In this document: piece by piece, positions 36,671 to 46,138 of the stretch
Numbering within the stretch: position 1 is the first letter of the stretch
Layout of the letters: every line of letters starts with the position of its first letter
Source: an uncultured Chloroflexia bacterium
Lineage (GTDB): Bacteria; Chloroflexota; Limnocylindria; Limnocylindrales; CSP1-4
NCBI GenBank assembly: GCA_963764975.1
Contig: CAVXUF010000005.1
Span: forward strand, 88,454 to 152,453
DNA: 64,000 nt
Direction of reading: 5' to 3'
Notes under the pieces: generated by a model
The model's input: the letters and a program-made list of their open reading frames with translations, nothing else
The model's database searches: none
Told to the model about the DNA's origin: nothing
Made by a program: the position numbers and the translations under genes

Positions 36671-37281
36671 CGATCCGGGTCGTGCTGGTCGATGACCACC
36701 CGGTGGTCCTCGATGGGCTTCGACGGGCCATCGACGCCGTCGAGGGGATCGAGGTCGTCGCCGTCGCGTCGAGCGTGGCAGCAGGCACCGCGTTGCTGGC
36801 ACGGGACGACGTGGACGTCGCGATCGTGGATCTGCGGCTCCCCGACGGCACCGGCACGGACCTGATCGCCGCCGCGGCGACCCGCGATCGACCGGCCACC
36901 ATCGTCCTCTCGAGCTTCGACCACGCGGCGTATGTCGCGGCCGCGGTCCGGCTCGGCGCCGCGGGGTTCCTGCTCAAGACGGCCCCGACCGGTGACGTCG
37001 TGGCGGCCATCCGGATCGTCGGTGCTGGCGGGACGGCGTTCACCGCGGATCAGCTCCGCCAGGCGCGGACGGCCGGGATCGTGATGTCGGACCGCGAGTG
37101 GGCCATCCTGCGGCTCCTCGTCGCCTCGAAGTCGAACGACGAGATCGCCCTCGGCCTGGGTCTCGCCAGCAAGACCGTCGAGATGTACCTCGCGAGGATG
37201 TACGCCCGGTTCGAGGTGGGCAGCCGGACCGAGCTGGCGTTGCGCGCCGATCGCGAGGGTTGGCTCGACCTTCGCCCGTGA
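36667..37281 (+). CDS. response regulator, NarL/LuxR family
   Basis: ATGA overlap with the kinase gene. VVLVDDHPVV and DVAIVDLRLPDG (phospho-acceptor Asp). LuxR HTH SNDEIALGLGLASKTVEMY. Confidence 0.9.
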   Translation: MTIRVVLVDDHPVVLDGLRRAIDAVEGIEVVAVASSVAAGTALLARDDVDVAIVDLRLPDGTGTDLIAAAATRDRPATIVLSSFDHAAYVAAAVRLGAAGFLLKTAPTGDVVAAIRIVGAGGTAFTADQLRQARTAGIVMSDREWAILRLLVASKSNDEIALGLGLASKTVEMYLARMYARFEVGSRTELALRADREGWLDLRP

Positions 37282-38468
37282 GACGGTCGCCGGCGTTCGA
37301 GGTCCCGGGGTTCCGCTCGTTGTGGCTGAGCCTGTCCGCGGTGGGCCTGGGAACGGCCGTCGGTCACGTGGCCGTGGCGTGGGTCACGCTGGAGCTGACG
37401 AACTCGCCGTTCGCGGTGGCTTCCACCCTGGCCGTCCGGTTGCTGCCGCTCCTCGTCCTTGGGATCCCGATCGGCTCGCTCGCGGATCGGGTGGATCGCC
37501 GTCGACTCCTGATCGTCGCGGATCTCATCGGCGCGGCGGCGTCGGGGGCGGTGGCGCTGGTCGCGATCGCCGGGGGTCTGGGCTTCGGCGTGATCCTCGT
37601 CGTGAGCCTGATGTTCGGGGTCATCGACACCATCCGGACGACCACCGCTCAGGCGTACGTCTACGACATCGTCGGCACGCGGCTCGCCACGAGCGGCATC
37701 GCGCTGTCGAACCTCGGCACGCAGCTGGCATCCTCACTCGGCGCGTTCGTCGGCGGTGCGGTTCTTGCGACGGCCGGCGTCCCGCAGACGTTCCTGATCG
37801 CGACGGTCGCGTGGCTCGTGGGGGCGGCGCTGCTCCTTCGGTCGCCGTCTTCGACCACCGATGGCGCGGCGCGCCCGACCCTCGATCTTCGGCGGACGGT
37901 GATGCTGCTCCTGCGCAGCCCGGGCGTCGCCGCGATCGCCATCATCGTGATCCTCGCGGAGGTCTTCGGGTTCTCGACCACGGCCCTCGTGCCGACGTTC
38001 GCAAAGGAGATCCTCCTCGTGGACGCGGCCGGGCTGGGGCTGCTGGTGGCCGCGCGGTCGATCGGCGGCGTCGCCGGGCTGGCCTGGCTTGCGACGCTTG
38101 GCTCGAGCCGTGGCGCCGGCGCCCTGATCATCGTGGCGACCGCGGTCTTCGGGCTTGCCCTGGCCACGTTCGCGGTCAGCACCGTGTTCGCGGTCTCGGT
38201 GGTCCTGATGTTCGCGTCGGGTGCAGCGGCCGCGACCCTCGACAGCCTCGGTCAGGTCCTGCTCCAGCGAACGGCGCCGGACCACGAGCGGGGTGCGGCG
38301 ATGGGCATCTGGGTGGTCAGCATCGGCTTCGGGCCGATCGGCGTCCTCGCGCTCGGTGCCGCCGCGGAGGGCTTCGGCGCGCCGATCGTGCAAGCCGTCA
38401 GCGGCTCACTCCTGGTGATCGTCGCGCTGGCGATGGCCCGCTTCTCGACGCTGCCGAAGCTCCGCTGA
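37278..38468 (+). CDS. MFS transporter
   Basis: GTGA overlap with the regulator gene. FRSLWLS...GSLADRVDRRRLL is an MFS motif-A-like loop. Twelve hydrophobic segments. Confidence 0.85.
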   Translation: MRRSPAFEVPGFRSLWLSLSAVGLGTAVGHVAVAWVTLELTNSPFAVASTLAVRLLPLLVLGIPIGSLADRVDRRRLLIVADLIGAAASGAVALVAIAGGLGFGVILVVSLMFGVIDTIRTTTAQAYVYDIVGTRLATSGIALSNLGTQLASSLGAFVGGAVLATAGVPQTFLIATVAWLVGAALLLRSPSSTTDGAARPTLDLRRTVMLLLRSPGVAAIAIIVILAEVFGFSTTALVPTFAKEILLVDAAGLGLLVAARSIGGVAGLAWLATLGSSRGAGALIIVATAVFGLALATFAVSTVFAVSVVLMFASGAAAATLDSLGQVLLQRTAPDHERGAAMGIWVVSIGFGPIGVLALGAAAEGFGAPIVQAVSGSLLVIVALAMARFSTLPKLR

Positions 38469-38537
38469 GCGAGGTCGGCCCTGTCCACGGAGAAGGGGCT
38501 GCAGCAACGCGTTGCCATCCGGCAATGGCGACCCGCG

Positions 38538-40073
38538 TCATGGCGGTGCGGGGAAATTGACCGTCACGACCCAAGTCGCGTCGATGGCCAGGCCGAGTGC
38601 GGGCAGTGACGGGACCCGGATAGTCACCGTACCGCCCGGTCTCGGCGGCATCGTCACGACCAGCGCGCCGCCTTCGTCCGGCGTGGTGACGCGCAGGTCG
38701 TTGAACGGAGCGTAGTAGACGCCGTCGCGCTTGCGCAGCGTGGGTGGGCACCGGCCCCTGCCCATGTCCCCGGCCGCCGGGGCGGCAGGATAGAACTGGA
38801 AGGTCAGGTTGTCGGTGGTCCGGGTCGGGTCCTCGGTGGCCACGATCATGATCTGCTGAGTGGCGTTCCAACTGGTCCGGCAGCCTCCTACCCCGAACGC
38901 CCCGCCACTGAACTTGCCCTCGGCGTGGGCGGCGACGGAGCCCACCCATCGTCCATCCTCGAGGCGAGTGAGGTCGCCGATGAACGTATCCTTGCCGTCG
39001 GTGTGCGCCTTGCCGACCATCTCGGTGATCGTCACGTCATACGCGTTGGTCAGGTCGACCTCCATGACCTCGTCGTGCCATTCCACGAGGATCTCTCCGA
39101 CACCGGACACCTTGCCCGGGGCCAGGACGCCCAGGTTCGGGAGGTTGTAGAGCGAGTCGATCAACTCGGAGCCCGGCACCGATGCCGTGATGGTCCCGAA
39201 CTGGGTGATCTGCTTGCCGACGCCGTTCGTCGGTTCTCGGCGTGGCGTGTAGGCGGTCATCGCCGACGGCAGCAGACCCGTCGTCTGCGTCGACGGATCC
39301 ACCGACCCGTGTCGCGTCAGCGTGGAATCCAGTTCCCAGGTCACCGTCACGCCGGCACCCGGGTTGTTGTTCACCGGCACGATCGACAGTCCCGTGAATG
39401 GCGACACGAACGCCCCCGCTGCGGCCACGACATGGGCCACGACGTTCGTGGGTGATCCATTGCCACCGTGGCCTTCGTGGACCTTGCGTGGGATGGCCGC
39501 CACGACGATCGAGAAGTTGGCGAGGATGCTCACCAGGCGCGCGATGACCGCCGGGTCGACGTTCAGATTCGCGCGTCCATTGCCCAGACGGTCGCGCGCC
39601 CTGCCGTACCTGCTGTAGTGCGGACCGGTCGACGCCGATGCCTGGGCGATGCCGCCGCCGCCATCAGCCACCGCTGCGGCGGCCTGACGGCCGACTTCGT
39701 TGGGCGGCACGAACCCGTCGAGGAACAGCATCCAGGCACCGAAGCGCGAGAACGATGCCTCGGGGTCGGTCGAGGCGACGGTCCTCACGAACTTGACGAT
39801 CGGGTCGTCCGGCGCCTCGGCATAGGCATCGTCATACGCGGCGGCGAGCTCCTCGAGGGATCCCTGGAACCCCAGCCCGACCAGCGCTTCGTGGTATTCG
39901 CGGAACGTGAGCCAGTCCTCCGGCTCGTCCTGCTCCTGGAGCATCGCGATCAGGCCGCGCGCCTCGGACTCGAAGACGTAGAAGCCAGCGTCCGACTGTT
40001 CCGCGCCGGGGCGGATCGGCGTGCCGTCGTCCTTGTAGAGCCCGATGCCCAGTTCCTCCAGCATCGACACCAC
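38538..40073 (-). CDS. large hypothetical protein (511 codons in this frame); body of a probable lipoprotein
   Basis: Long ORF with coding-like composition. I recognise no motif and this frame has no signal peptide. See the adjacent signal-peptide ORF. Confidence 0.7.
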   Translation of the reverse strand: MVSMLEELGIGLYKDDGTPIRPGAEQSDAGFYVFESEARGLIAMLQEQDEPEDWLTFREYHEALVGLGFQGSLEELAAAYDDAYAEAPDDPIVKFVRTVASTDPEASFSRFGAWMLFLDGFVPPNEVGRQAAAAVADGGGGIAQASASTGPHYSRYGRARDRLGNGRANLNVDPAVIARLVSILANFSIVVAAIPRKVHEGHGGNGSPTNVVAHVVAAAGAFVSPFTGLSIVPVNNNPGAGVTVTWELDSTLTRHGSVDPSTQTTGLLPSAMTAYTPRREPTNGVGKQITQFGTITASVPGSELIDSLYNLPNLGVLAPGKVSGVGEILVEWHDEVMEVDLTNAYDVTITEMVGKAHTDGKDTFIGDLTRLEDGRWVGSVAAHAEGKFSGGAFGVGGCRTSWNATQQIMIVATEDPTRTTDNLTFQFYPAAPAAGDMGRGRCPPTLRKRDGVYYAPFNDLRVTTPDEGGALVVTMPPRPGGTVTIRVPSLPALGLAIDATWVVTVNFPAPP

Positions 40074-40381
40074 GGCCTGCTCCGCCAGCTCGGGACGGAA
40101 GAGGCCTCGGCGATCTCGTCTGGAGTCGTCAGCTCCGGTTCTTGCAGTGGTTCCGCCGGAGGTGCGGGCTCGAGTGACGGCGCCGGCCCGAGCGACGGTC
40201 CCGGCTCGCCGCTGGCCAGCGGGTCGGTCGTGCCAGGCTGCGTCGGCTCGCCGGTCTGGCCCGGCTCACTGGCCGATGGCTCGGTGGGACTCGTGGTCGG
40301 CTGGGTCGTGCCGCACCCTGTCGTGACGAGCGCGACCGCCAGCGCGGCTGTCCCGAGACCGGTCAACGACGAGCGGCGCAT
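39950..40381 (-). CDS. lipoprotein signal peptide plus Pro/Glu/Thr linker ORF, probably the detached N-terminus of the 38538..40073 protein
   Basis: MRRSSLTGLGTAALAVALVTTGCGTT (lipobox) followed by a low-complexity linker. After about 40100 this frame degenerates into Arg/Ser/Trp junk, while the neighbouring frame reads LFRPELAEQAVVSMLEELG. Confidence 0.5.
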   Translation of the reverse strand: MRRSSLTGLGTAALAVALVTTGCGTTQPTTSPTEPSASEPGQTGEPTQPGTTDPLASGEPGPSLGPAPSLEPAPPAEPLQEPELTTPDEIAEASSVPSWRSRPWCRCWRNWASGSTRTTARRSAPARNSRTLASTSSSPRRAA

Positions 40382-40531
40382 AGGTACGCGTGTACCTGAG
40401 ACGCCGCCGGATGTCAACCGTCGAAGATCTCCGTGTCGGAGGACAGCGATTCTGTCCGGGCTAAGGGGACAGCGACTTTGTCACCCTCGATCTCATGGAG
40501 ACGACGAGGGAGACGATCAGCTTTGGACCGC

Positions 40532-41521
40532 CTACGGATACGTGGCCAGCACGTCGAGGAACAGCTCCCAGAACCGGTCCGCGTCCACGGCCACGGCGAC
40601 CTCGGCGTTCGGCGGCGGGCCGGATTCGTTCATGCCGTCGCCTTCGACGGCGGGCGCGAGCCCGGTTTCGAGCCGGAACGTCGTCGGCTCGAGGCGTCGG
40701 CCGTCGCACAGGGTCATGCCGGCCGTGTGGGTACCGGTCAATTCGATCGCGACGTGCATCGGTTCGAAGGTGAGGATGTCCGGCGCGGCGAGCGCGGCGA
40801 CCGCGAGCGGGTCGTGCATGGCGCCGCCATCGAGGCCCGAGTACTGACCCTCGCCGTGGGCGTAGAAGTCGAGCATGTCGGCGACATGAGTGGTGGTCGC
40901 GCGGCCCATCGATCGGATCTGGTCGCGTCGCGGGCGGAGGGCGAGCACCTGGCGGGTCACGTTGAGGCCGATCATCTTGATCGGGATCCCGCTCGTGAAG
41001 ACGACGTGCGCGGCGTCCGGATCGGCCCAGATGTTGAACTCGGCCGCGGGCGTCACGTTGCCGAACGTCAGCGAGCCGCCCATCAGGCTGATCTGCGTGA
41101 TCCGCTGGGGCAGCGTCGGGTCCTTGATGAGCGCCGAGGCGATGTTCGTGAGTGGCCCGACCGGGAGGAGATGCAGGTCTGCCACGTCGTGCGAGCGATC
41201 AAGGATGAAGTCGATCGCGTGCTGGTCGAGGACCGAGACGGTGGGCGAGGGGAGCGTCGGCCCATCGAGCCCGGATTCGCCGTGGACCTCGGGTGCGTAG
41301 TGGGCTTCGCGGACCAGCGGACGAGGCATCCCGGCCGCGATCGGGATATGGGTCAGCTCCGCGAACTCGACCGTCTTGCGCGCGTTCGTCGTGGTGTTCG
41401 CGAGCGAGGTGTTGCCGTGGACCGTGGTGATGCCGCGCAGGTCCAGGGTGCGGGCGGCCAGCAGGATGGCCATGACGTCGTCATGCCCGGGATCGCAATC
41501 GATGATGGCGGGGATGGTCAT
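40532..41521 (-). CDS. nucleoside hydrolase (inosine-uridine preferring family)
   Basis: IIDCDPGHDDVMAIL (DxDxxxDD fingerprint), and the IUNH pattern is full length. Confidence 0.9.
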   Translation of the reverse strand: MTIPAIIDCDPGHDDVMAILLAARTLDLRGITTVHGNTSLANTTTNARKTVEFAELTHIPIAAGMPRPLVREAHYAPEVHGESGLDGPTLPSPTVSVLDQHAIDFILDRSHDVADLHLLPVGPLTNIASALIKDPTLPQRITQISLMGGSLTFGNVTPAAEFNIWADPDAAHVVFTSGIPIKMIGLNVTRQVLALRPRRDQIRSMGRATTTHVADMLDFYAHGEGQYSGLDGGAMHDPLAVAALAAPDILTFEPMHVAIELTGTHTAGMTLCDGRRLEPTTFRLETGLAPAVEGDGMNESGPPPNAEVAVAVDADRFWELFLDVLATYP

Positions 41522-41569
41522 GACGTCGATGCTAGCCGCCCGAGCGCGCCGCGACGCTGATCGAGGCAG

Positions 41570-42085
41570 TCAACGTTCGGCGAAGGCAAGTAGGCAACCA
41601 ATTCGATAAGCGTCCTGGTGGAAAGACCGCCAGTCCTTGAACGATCGAACGGCACGTGGATACATCGGATCGGTCGAGTCCGACTGAAGAGCAAACTGGA
41701 CCTGTTCCCAAGGTAGCTCGATATCGAATGAGAAGATTGGCGGTGCGGGTCGCGGACTTTGGCGCATGATTGCTCCAACAACCGGCAAGGCGTTGGCTTC
41801 GCACCATATTCGCTCCGTCTCGCTCAGCTGCGCAGTGAACGGCGAGGTCCCGGCTACGCCCGCCCACACGAGGCCGCCGACCGCTAACACAACCATCGTC
41901 GCAACGAGCACTTCGATGGCGATGCGGCCCCAACCTTGACGCCGTCGGCGAACGATGGGAGGTTGATGCTGGCCCGAGGGGTTGTCAGTGAGCGACGGCT
42001 CGAGCCGAAACCCGCAGTCGCGACAGAACACATCGGCCCCGGAGGCCGCGTGACCACATCTTGGACAGAACTGCGAGAGCGTCAT
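41570..42085 (-). CDS. zinc-ribbon membrane protein, unknown function
   Basis: MTLSQFCPRCGHAASGADVFCRDCGF ribbon. One TM, IAIEVLVATMVVLAVGGLVWAG, then an extracytoplasmic domain. GC content is visibly lower than the flanks. Confidence 0.6.
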   Translation of the reverse strand: MTLSQFCPRCGHAASGADVFCRDCGFRLEPSLTDNPSGQHQPPIVRRRRQGWGRIAIEVLVATMVVLAVGGLVWAGVAGTSPFTAQLSETERIWCEANALPVVGAIMRQSPRPAPPIFSFDIELPWEQVQFALQSDSTDPMYPRAVRSFKDWRSFHQDAYRIGCLLAFAER

Positions 42086-42134
42086 CCGCGGTCGTCGCTC
42101 TGGGCTAGTGGTAGGCCCTGGAAGTCTTCGACGC

Positions 42135-43657
42135 TCATTGCGCCAGGAGTCCACGCAGAGTCGCGATCGCCGCATCGACCTCGCGGCCTTTCGCCTCGAT
42201 GATGTCGAGCAGCTCCTCGGGCGTCCGCGTGTCCTCGGTGGACTTGGCGTTCGGGTTGACGGCCTTGAGGTCGAAGTTGCGGGCCTCGATCTCCTCGCGG
42301 GACAGCGTCCACGAGTGATCCGAGTCGGCGCGCGTCGGCAGCAGCGCGAAGAACGCCTCGAACCGATCCAGCGTCAGCGGCTGCTTCTTCGTGACCTTGA
42401 CGTCCGAGAGGTCGTAGTACCAGACCTTCTCGGTCGGGCCGCCCTTGGTGAAGAACAGCAGGTTCGTCTTCACGCCGGCGCCCGCTGACGAGAACACGCC
42501 CGGCGGCAGCGACACGATGCACCACAGGTCGCAGTCGTTGAGCAGCTTGCGCTTGGTCTGGACGAACGCCGTCTCGTTGTTCCGGAACAGCACGCCTTCG
42601 TCGATGACCATCCCGCAGCGCCCGCCCGGCTTCAGCGCGTCGATGACGTGCTGGAGGAACAGCACCTGCGTCGCGCCGGTCTTGTAGGCGAAGTGGGTCT
42701 GCGCCTCCTTGCCCTCCTTGCCACCGAACGGCGGGTTCATCAGGACGACATCGAACGTCGCCGGCGCCCCCGCGAACAGCCCGCCGTAGGTCTCCTGGCC
42801 GGTCAGCGTGTTGCCGTGCCAGATGTGCGGGCGGTCGATGCCGTGCAGGACGAGGTTGGCAAGCGCGATCGGGTAGACGAGGTCCGCCTTCTCGCGTCCG
42901 AAGAACGTGTCCTCGCGAAGGATGCGCAGCTGCTCGGCCGTCGCGCCCGCGCCCAGCCCCACGCGCATCCACTCGAACGCCTGGGCGAGGAAGCCGCCGG
43001 TCCCGCAGCCCGGGTCGTAGACGGTCTCGCCGACCTTCGGGTCGATCGCCCGGACCATCGCGCGGATGACCTCGCGCGGCGTGAAGAACTGGCCGCCGTC
43101 GTTGTTCTTCTCGCCCATCTTCTGGAGCAGGCCCTCGTAGGCCTGGCTCAGCGTGAAGAGATGCGTCTGGTCCACGGCCTCGAGGCGGATCTCGTCGACG
43201 CGGTCGAGGATGTCGAGCAGGTTCCGCTCGGTGTCCACGCCGATCTTGTCGACCGCGCGACACGACCTCGCTGATGACCTTCTGGCGCGCCGACGCGTCG
43301 ACCCGCCCCTCCAGCCCGCGCAGGTACGGGAGGAGCTCGGCGTTGACGAACGGCAGGAACGCGCCCATCGCGCCCTCGCTCAGCGCCACGCGCTTCGAAC
43401 CAGTCGGGCGCCGCCCAGTCGCGCCATCGATACGGCGCCTCCAGCGAGGGATCGAACCCGACCCCGAGCGCCTCGGCCTCCTGCGCCTCCAGCTCCTCGC
43501 GCTCATCGAGGATGCGCAGGAACAGGATCCACGACAGCTCCGGCACGTACTGGAGCGCGCCCGCGTAGTTCGCCCGGCGCATGACGTCGGCGATCTGCTT
43601 GATGGCGGCGTTCACCGACGAGGGTGTGGCGAGTCGGCGAGGGGCGACGGTCACCAT
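42135..43657 (-). pseudogene. hsdM: type I restriction-modification methyltransferase subunit HsdM, two frameshifts, no hsdS or hsdR nearby
   Basis: N-terminal HsdM_N text (LQYVPELSWILFLRILDE...YRWRDWAAPDW) is in one frame. LSEGAMGAFLPFVNAELLPYLRGLEG...VISEVV is in a second frame. The catalytic part (FFTPREV, DPGCGTGGF, NPPFGG) is in a third. Frame switches lie near 43390-43400 and 43255-43262. Confidence 0.8.
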
Positions 43658-43692
43658 GGGAGAGTACGCCAGTCGGACGTTGTCGAAGAGGT

Positions 43693-43760
43693 CCGCAAAA
43701 TACCCACCTGGACAACCCGCAAAATACCCACCTGGACAACCCGCAAAATACCCACCTGAC
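43693..43760. repeat. 24-bp tandem direct repeat x2.8 (CCGCAAAATACCCACCTGGACAAC)
   Basis: Copies at 43693-43716 and 43717-43740, with a partial copy at 43741-43760. Located in the divergent spacer between hsdM (start 43657) and the ATPase gene (start 43836). Followed by TTGACG, 18 nt, GACAAT. Confidence 0.9.
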
Positions 43761-43835
43761 ATTGACGCGCCAACATCTGCTGATGGACAATGATCGCTGT
43801 CAATAGCAGCGAGCCGAGAGCGCAGGAGTCAGCGC

Positions 43836-45083
43836 GTGGTCTATCGAGCCAGGGTGATCGACGGCGAACTCGCGGACTCCCTCGCAAGCGTCGGCGCCGT
43901 GGTCATCGAGGGTCCCAAGGCCTGCGGCAAGACCGAGACCGCACGCCAACTTGCCAGGAGCGAAGTCCGACTCGATGTCGACCAGGCGGCGCGTCAGGCG
44001 ATCGCGATCGCTCCGTCACTGGTCCTGGACGGACCGACTCCCCGCCTGATCGACGAGTGGCAGGCCGAACCCGACATCTGGAACCACGTCCGGCGCGCCG
44101 TTGACGACCGCGGCCAACCTGGACAGTTCATCCTCACCGGCTCCGCCGTCCCGCGAGACGATGTGATCCGGCATACCGGAGCTGGACGATTCACGCATTT
44201 GCGGATGCGCCCGATGACCCTTTCTGAGACCGGGAACTCGACGGATCTCGTCTCCCTCGCCGATGTCCTGGCGGGCAGGTCAGTGGCCTGCCCCGAACCG
44301 GGCCTTACGGTCCAGGACCTCGCTGAGCGGCTCGCGATCGGTGGGTGGCCGGCCTATCTCGGTCTCAACAGCAAGCAGGCGCAGCGCGCGATGCGGGGAT
44401 ACCTCGGGGAGATCTGCAACGTCGACATTCGTCGCCTCGACGGCATCAAGCGCGATCCCAGGTCCGTCATGCGCTTCATCCAGTCGATCGCCCGAAATAC
44501 CGCAACTCCGGCAAAGCTGCAGACCCTCGTGACCGATGCCAACGGAACCGATGGGTCGATGCACATCGACACCGGCCGTGCCTACCTGGACGTCCTCGCC
44601 CGACTGCATATCACCGATGACGTCCCGGCCTGGAACCCGAGCCTCCGCTCGAACACTCGCCTTCGACAGGCGTCGATCCGTCACCTTGCCGATCCGGCTC
44701 TCGCCATGGCCGTGGGCAGAGCAACCACTGGCAAGCTGCTCGGGGACCTCAACTCGTTCGGCCTCCTGTTCGAGTCCATGGTCGTCCGTGATCTGCGCGT
44801 GTACGCGTCCGCGGTCGGGGGCGAAGTCTTCCACTATCACGACGAGAACGGCTTGGAGGCCGACGCGATCATCGAGATGCCCGACGGCGGGTGGGCGGCA
44901 TTCGAGGTGAAGCTCGGCGCCAGTACTGCGGTCGTCGATGCCGCGGCCGCGAATCTGCTCAAGCTGAGCGCCAAAGTCGATGCCCCGCCGCCCGTCGCGC
45001 TCGGGGTGATCACAGGCTCCGGCTACGGACTGGTCCGGAAGGACGGGGTGCTCCAGATCCCGATCGGTGCCCTCAGACGCTAG
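43836..45083 (+). CDS. AAA+ ATPase (AAA_14-like) with a DUF4143 C-terminal domain
   Basis: GTG lies 7 nt after GCAGGAG. Walker A GPKACGKT and Walker-B-like RLIDEWQ. C-terminal EADAII...AAFEVKLG resembles a PD-(D/E)xK core. Confidence 0.85.
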   Translation: MVYRARVIDGELADSLASVGAVVIEGPKACGKTETARQLARSEVRLDVDQAARQAIAIAPSLVLDGPTPRLIDEWQAEPDIWNHVRRAVDDRGQPGQFILTGSAVPRDDVIRHTGAGRFTHLRMRPMTLSETGNSTDLVSLADVLAGRSVACPEPGLTVQDLAERLAIGGWPAYLGLNSKQAQRAMRGYLGEICNVDIRRLDGIKRDPRSVMRFIQSIARNTATPAKLQTLVTDANGTDGSMHIDTGRAYLDVLARLHITDDVPAWNPSLRSNTRLRQASIRHLADPALAMAVGRATTGKLLGDLNSFGLLFESMVVRDLRVYASAVGGEVFHYHDENGLEADAIIEMPDGGWAAFEVKLGASTAVVDAAAANLLKLSAKVDAPPPVALGVITGSGYGLVRKDGVLQIPIGALRR

Positions 45084-45484
45084 CGAGACTCGCGGAGCCG
45101 TGCTTCTTCGGTGTCGATCAAACGGGTGGCAGCCTGGATGAACGCGTCAGCGGCGACGATGGCGCCAGTGATGTCCTCGAGGTCGAACTCCGCCATCGGA
45201 TCGTTGTCTGCCAGTGACCGACGATCGAAGGCGTCCAGCAGGCGACGATGATGGACCGCGTCGAGCCGTCCCGACTTGGCGAACCGTTCGCCGAATGCCG
45301 CCAGCAGACGTCGATGGCTTCGCACGCTGACCCCGTCAGTGACGAGCAGGGCGGATGCGGCGTGCAGCATGGCGTAGTAGGACCGATCGGCGGCCGTTCG
45401 CAGGCGACCTCTCTCGGCCGCGTTCCGTGCGTCGTCGAGCATCTCTCTCGCCACAGCGATGTGCGCCGCCGCCTGTTTGATCAC
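45080..45484 (-). CDS. HEPN domain protein (toxin-like partner of the MNT)
   Basis: All-helical protein of 134 aa with RSYYAMLHAASALL and SHRRLLAAF, HEPN-like. ATGA overlap with the upstream nucleotidyltransferase gene. Confidence 0.75.
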   Translation of the reverse strand: MIKQAAAHIAVAREMLDDARNAAERGRLRTAADRSYYAMLHAASALLVTDGVSVRSHRRLLAAFGERFAKSGRLDAVHHRRLLDAFDRRSLADNDPMAEFDLEDITGAIVAADAFIQAATRLIDTEEARLRESR

Positions 45485-46110
45485 GCCTCGATGGCGTCAG
45501 TTCGCGCCGAGACCAGAAATGGCTTGGCCCCGGATCGCCAGTCGGACTCGGAGGCGAACGCTCGACTGATCAGGACGCCAAGGTCGAGCGAGAGATCTGA
45601 GGCCAAGGCACTCGTCCGCTCCAACTCCTCGCCATACGAACCGACTCGGTCCAGAACGATGAGGATGTCCACATCCGAGTCCGACGCTTGGTCGCCACGA
45701 GCTCGAGACCCGTAGAGGTACACGCCGCGGAGCCGCTTGCCGTAGAGCTTGCGCAGCCCCGCGTGCATGAGCTTCGCGACGGCGATCCCCAACGGGTCCG
45801 CGGATGAGCGTGTTGCCGATCGTGGTGTGCCCATGGCGAGCCGACGAACGACCTGCCGGATCTCGGTGTAGTTCGGCTCGTTCGGCCGACCTTCGAAGTA
45901 GACCTGGTTGCCGTCCCTGGTTCGTCGGACAAGCGATGCATCCTCGAGTCGTCCGAGCTCGCGAGCCGCGGTGCCGGCACTGGTGCCAACCGCTCGCGCG
46001 ATGCCGCGCAGGTGCATCCGTCGATCGGGCGATTCCATGACGAGTTCGAGGATGTGTCGGCGAATCCTCGATCTGCCGAGGAGCAGCGTGAGTTGCCCGT
46101 CCATATTCAT
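45481..46110 (-). CDS. winged-HTH fused to a minimal nucleotidyltransferase (MNT) domain
   Basis: N-terminal ArsR-like HLRGIARAVGTSAGTAARELGRLEDASLV. C-terminal NTase motif LYGSRARGDQASDSDVDILIV. Confidence 0.8.
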   Translation of the reverse strand: MNMDGQLTLLLGRSRIRRHILELVMESPDRRMHLRGIARAVGTSAGTAARELGRLEDASLVRRTRDGNQVYFEGRPNEPNYTEIRQVVRRLAMGTPRSATRSSADPLGIAVAKLMHAGLRKLYGKRLRGVYLYGSRARGDQASDSDVDILIVLDRVGSYGEELERTSALASDLSLDLGVLISRAFASESDWRSGAKPFLVSARTDAIEA

Positions 46111-46112
46111 AA

Positions 46113-46138
46113 GTACAGGTGTACTCGAACCTGAGTAC
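46113..46138. promoter_or_regulatory. overlapping GTAC palindromes directly upstream of the wHTH-MNT start
   Basis: GTACAGGTGTAC (46113-46124) and GTACTC-GAACCT-GAGTAC (46121-46138) begin 3 nt from the ATG. This is a candidate autoregulatory operator. Confidence 0.35.

Noticed and set aside
43658-43762. N-terminal extension of the hsdM ORF translating to GGYFAGCPGGYFAGCPGGYFA.
   Set aside because: It is simply the 24-bp DNA repeat read in frame. The HsdM homology begins at the internal Met (43657).
46113-46138. GTACTCGAACCTGAGTAC hairpin containing TCGAACC, considered as a tRNA T-arm. More generally, a scan of all spacers over 70 bp for tRNA/tmRNA signatures.
   Set aside because: No acceptor, D or anticodon arms can be built around it. 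No GGTTCGA(A/G)TCC-type T-loop is found in any intergenic region.
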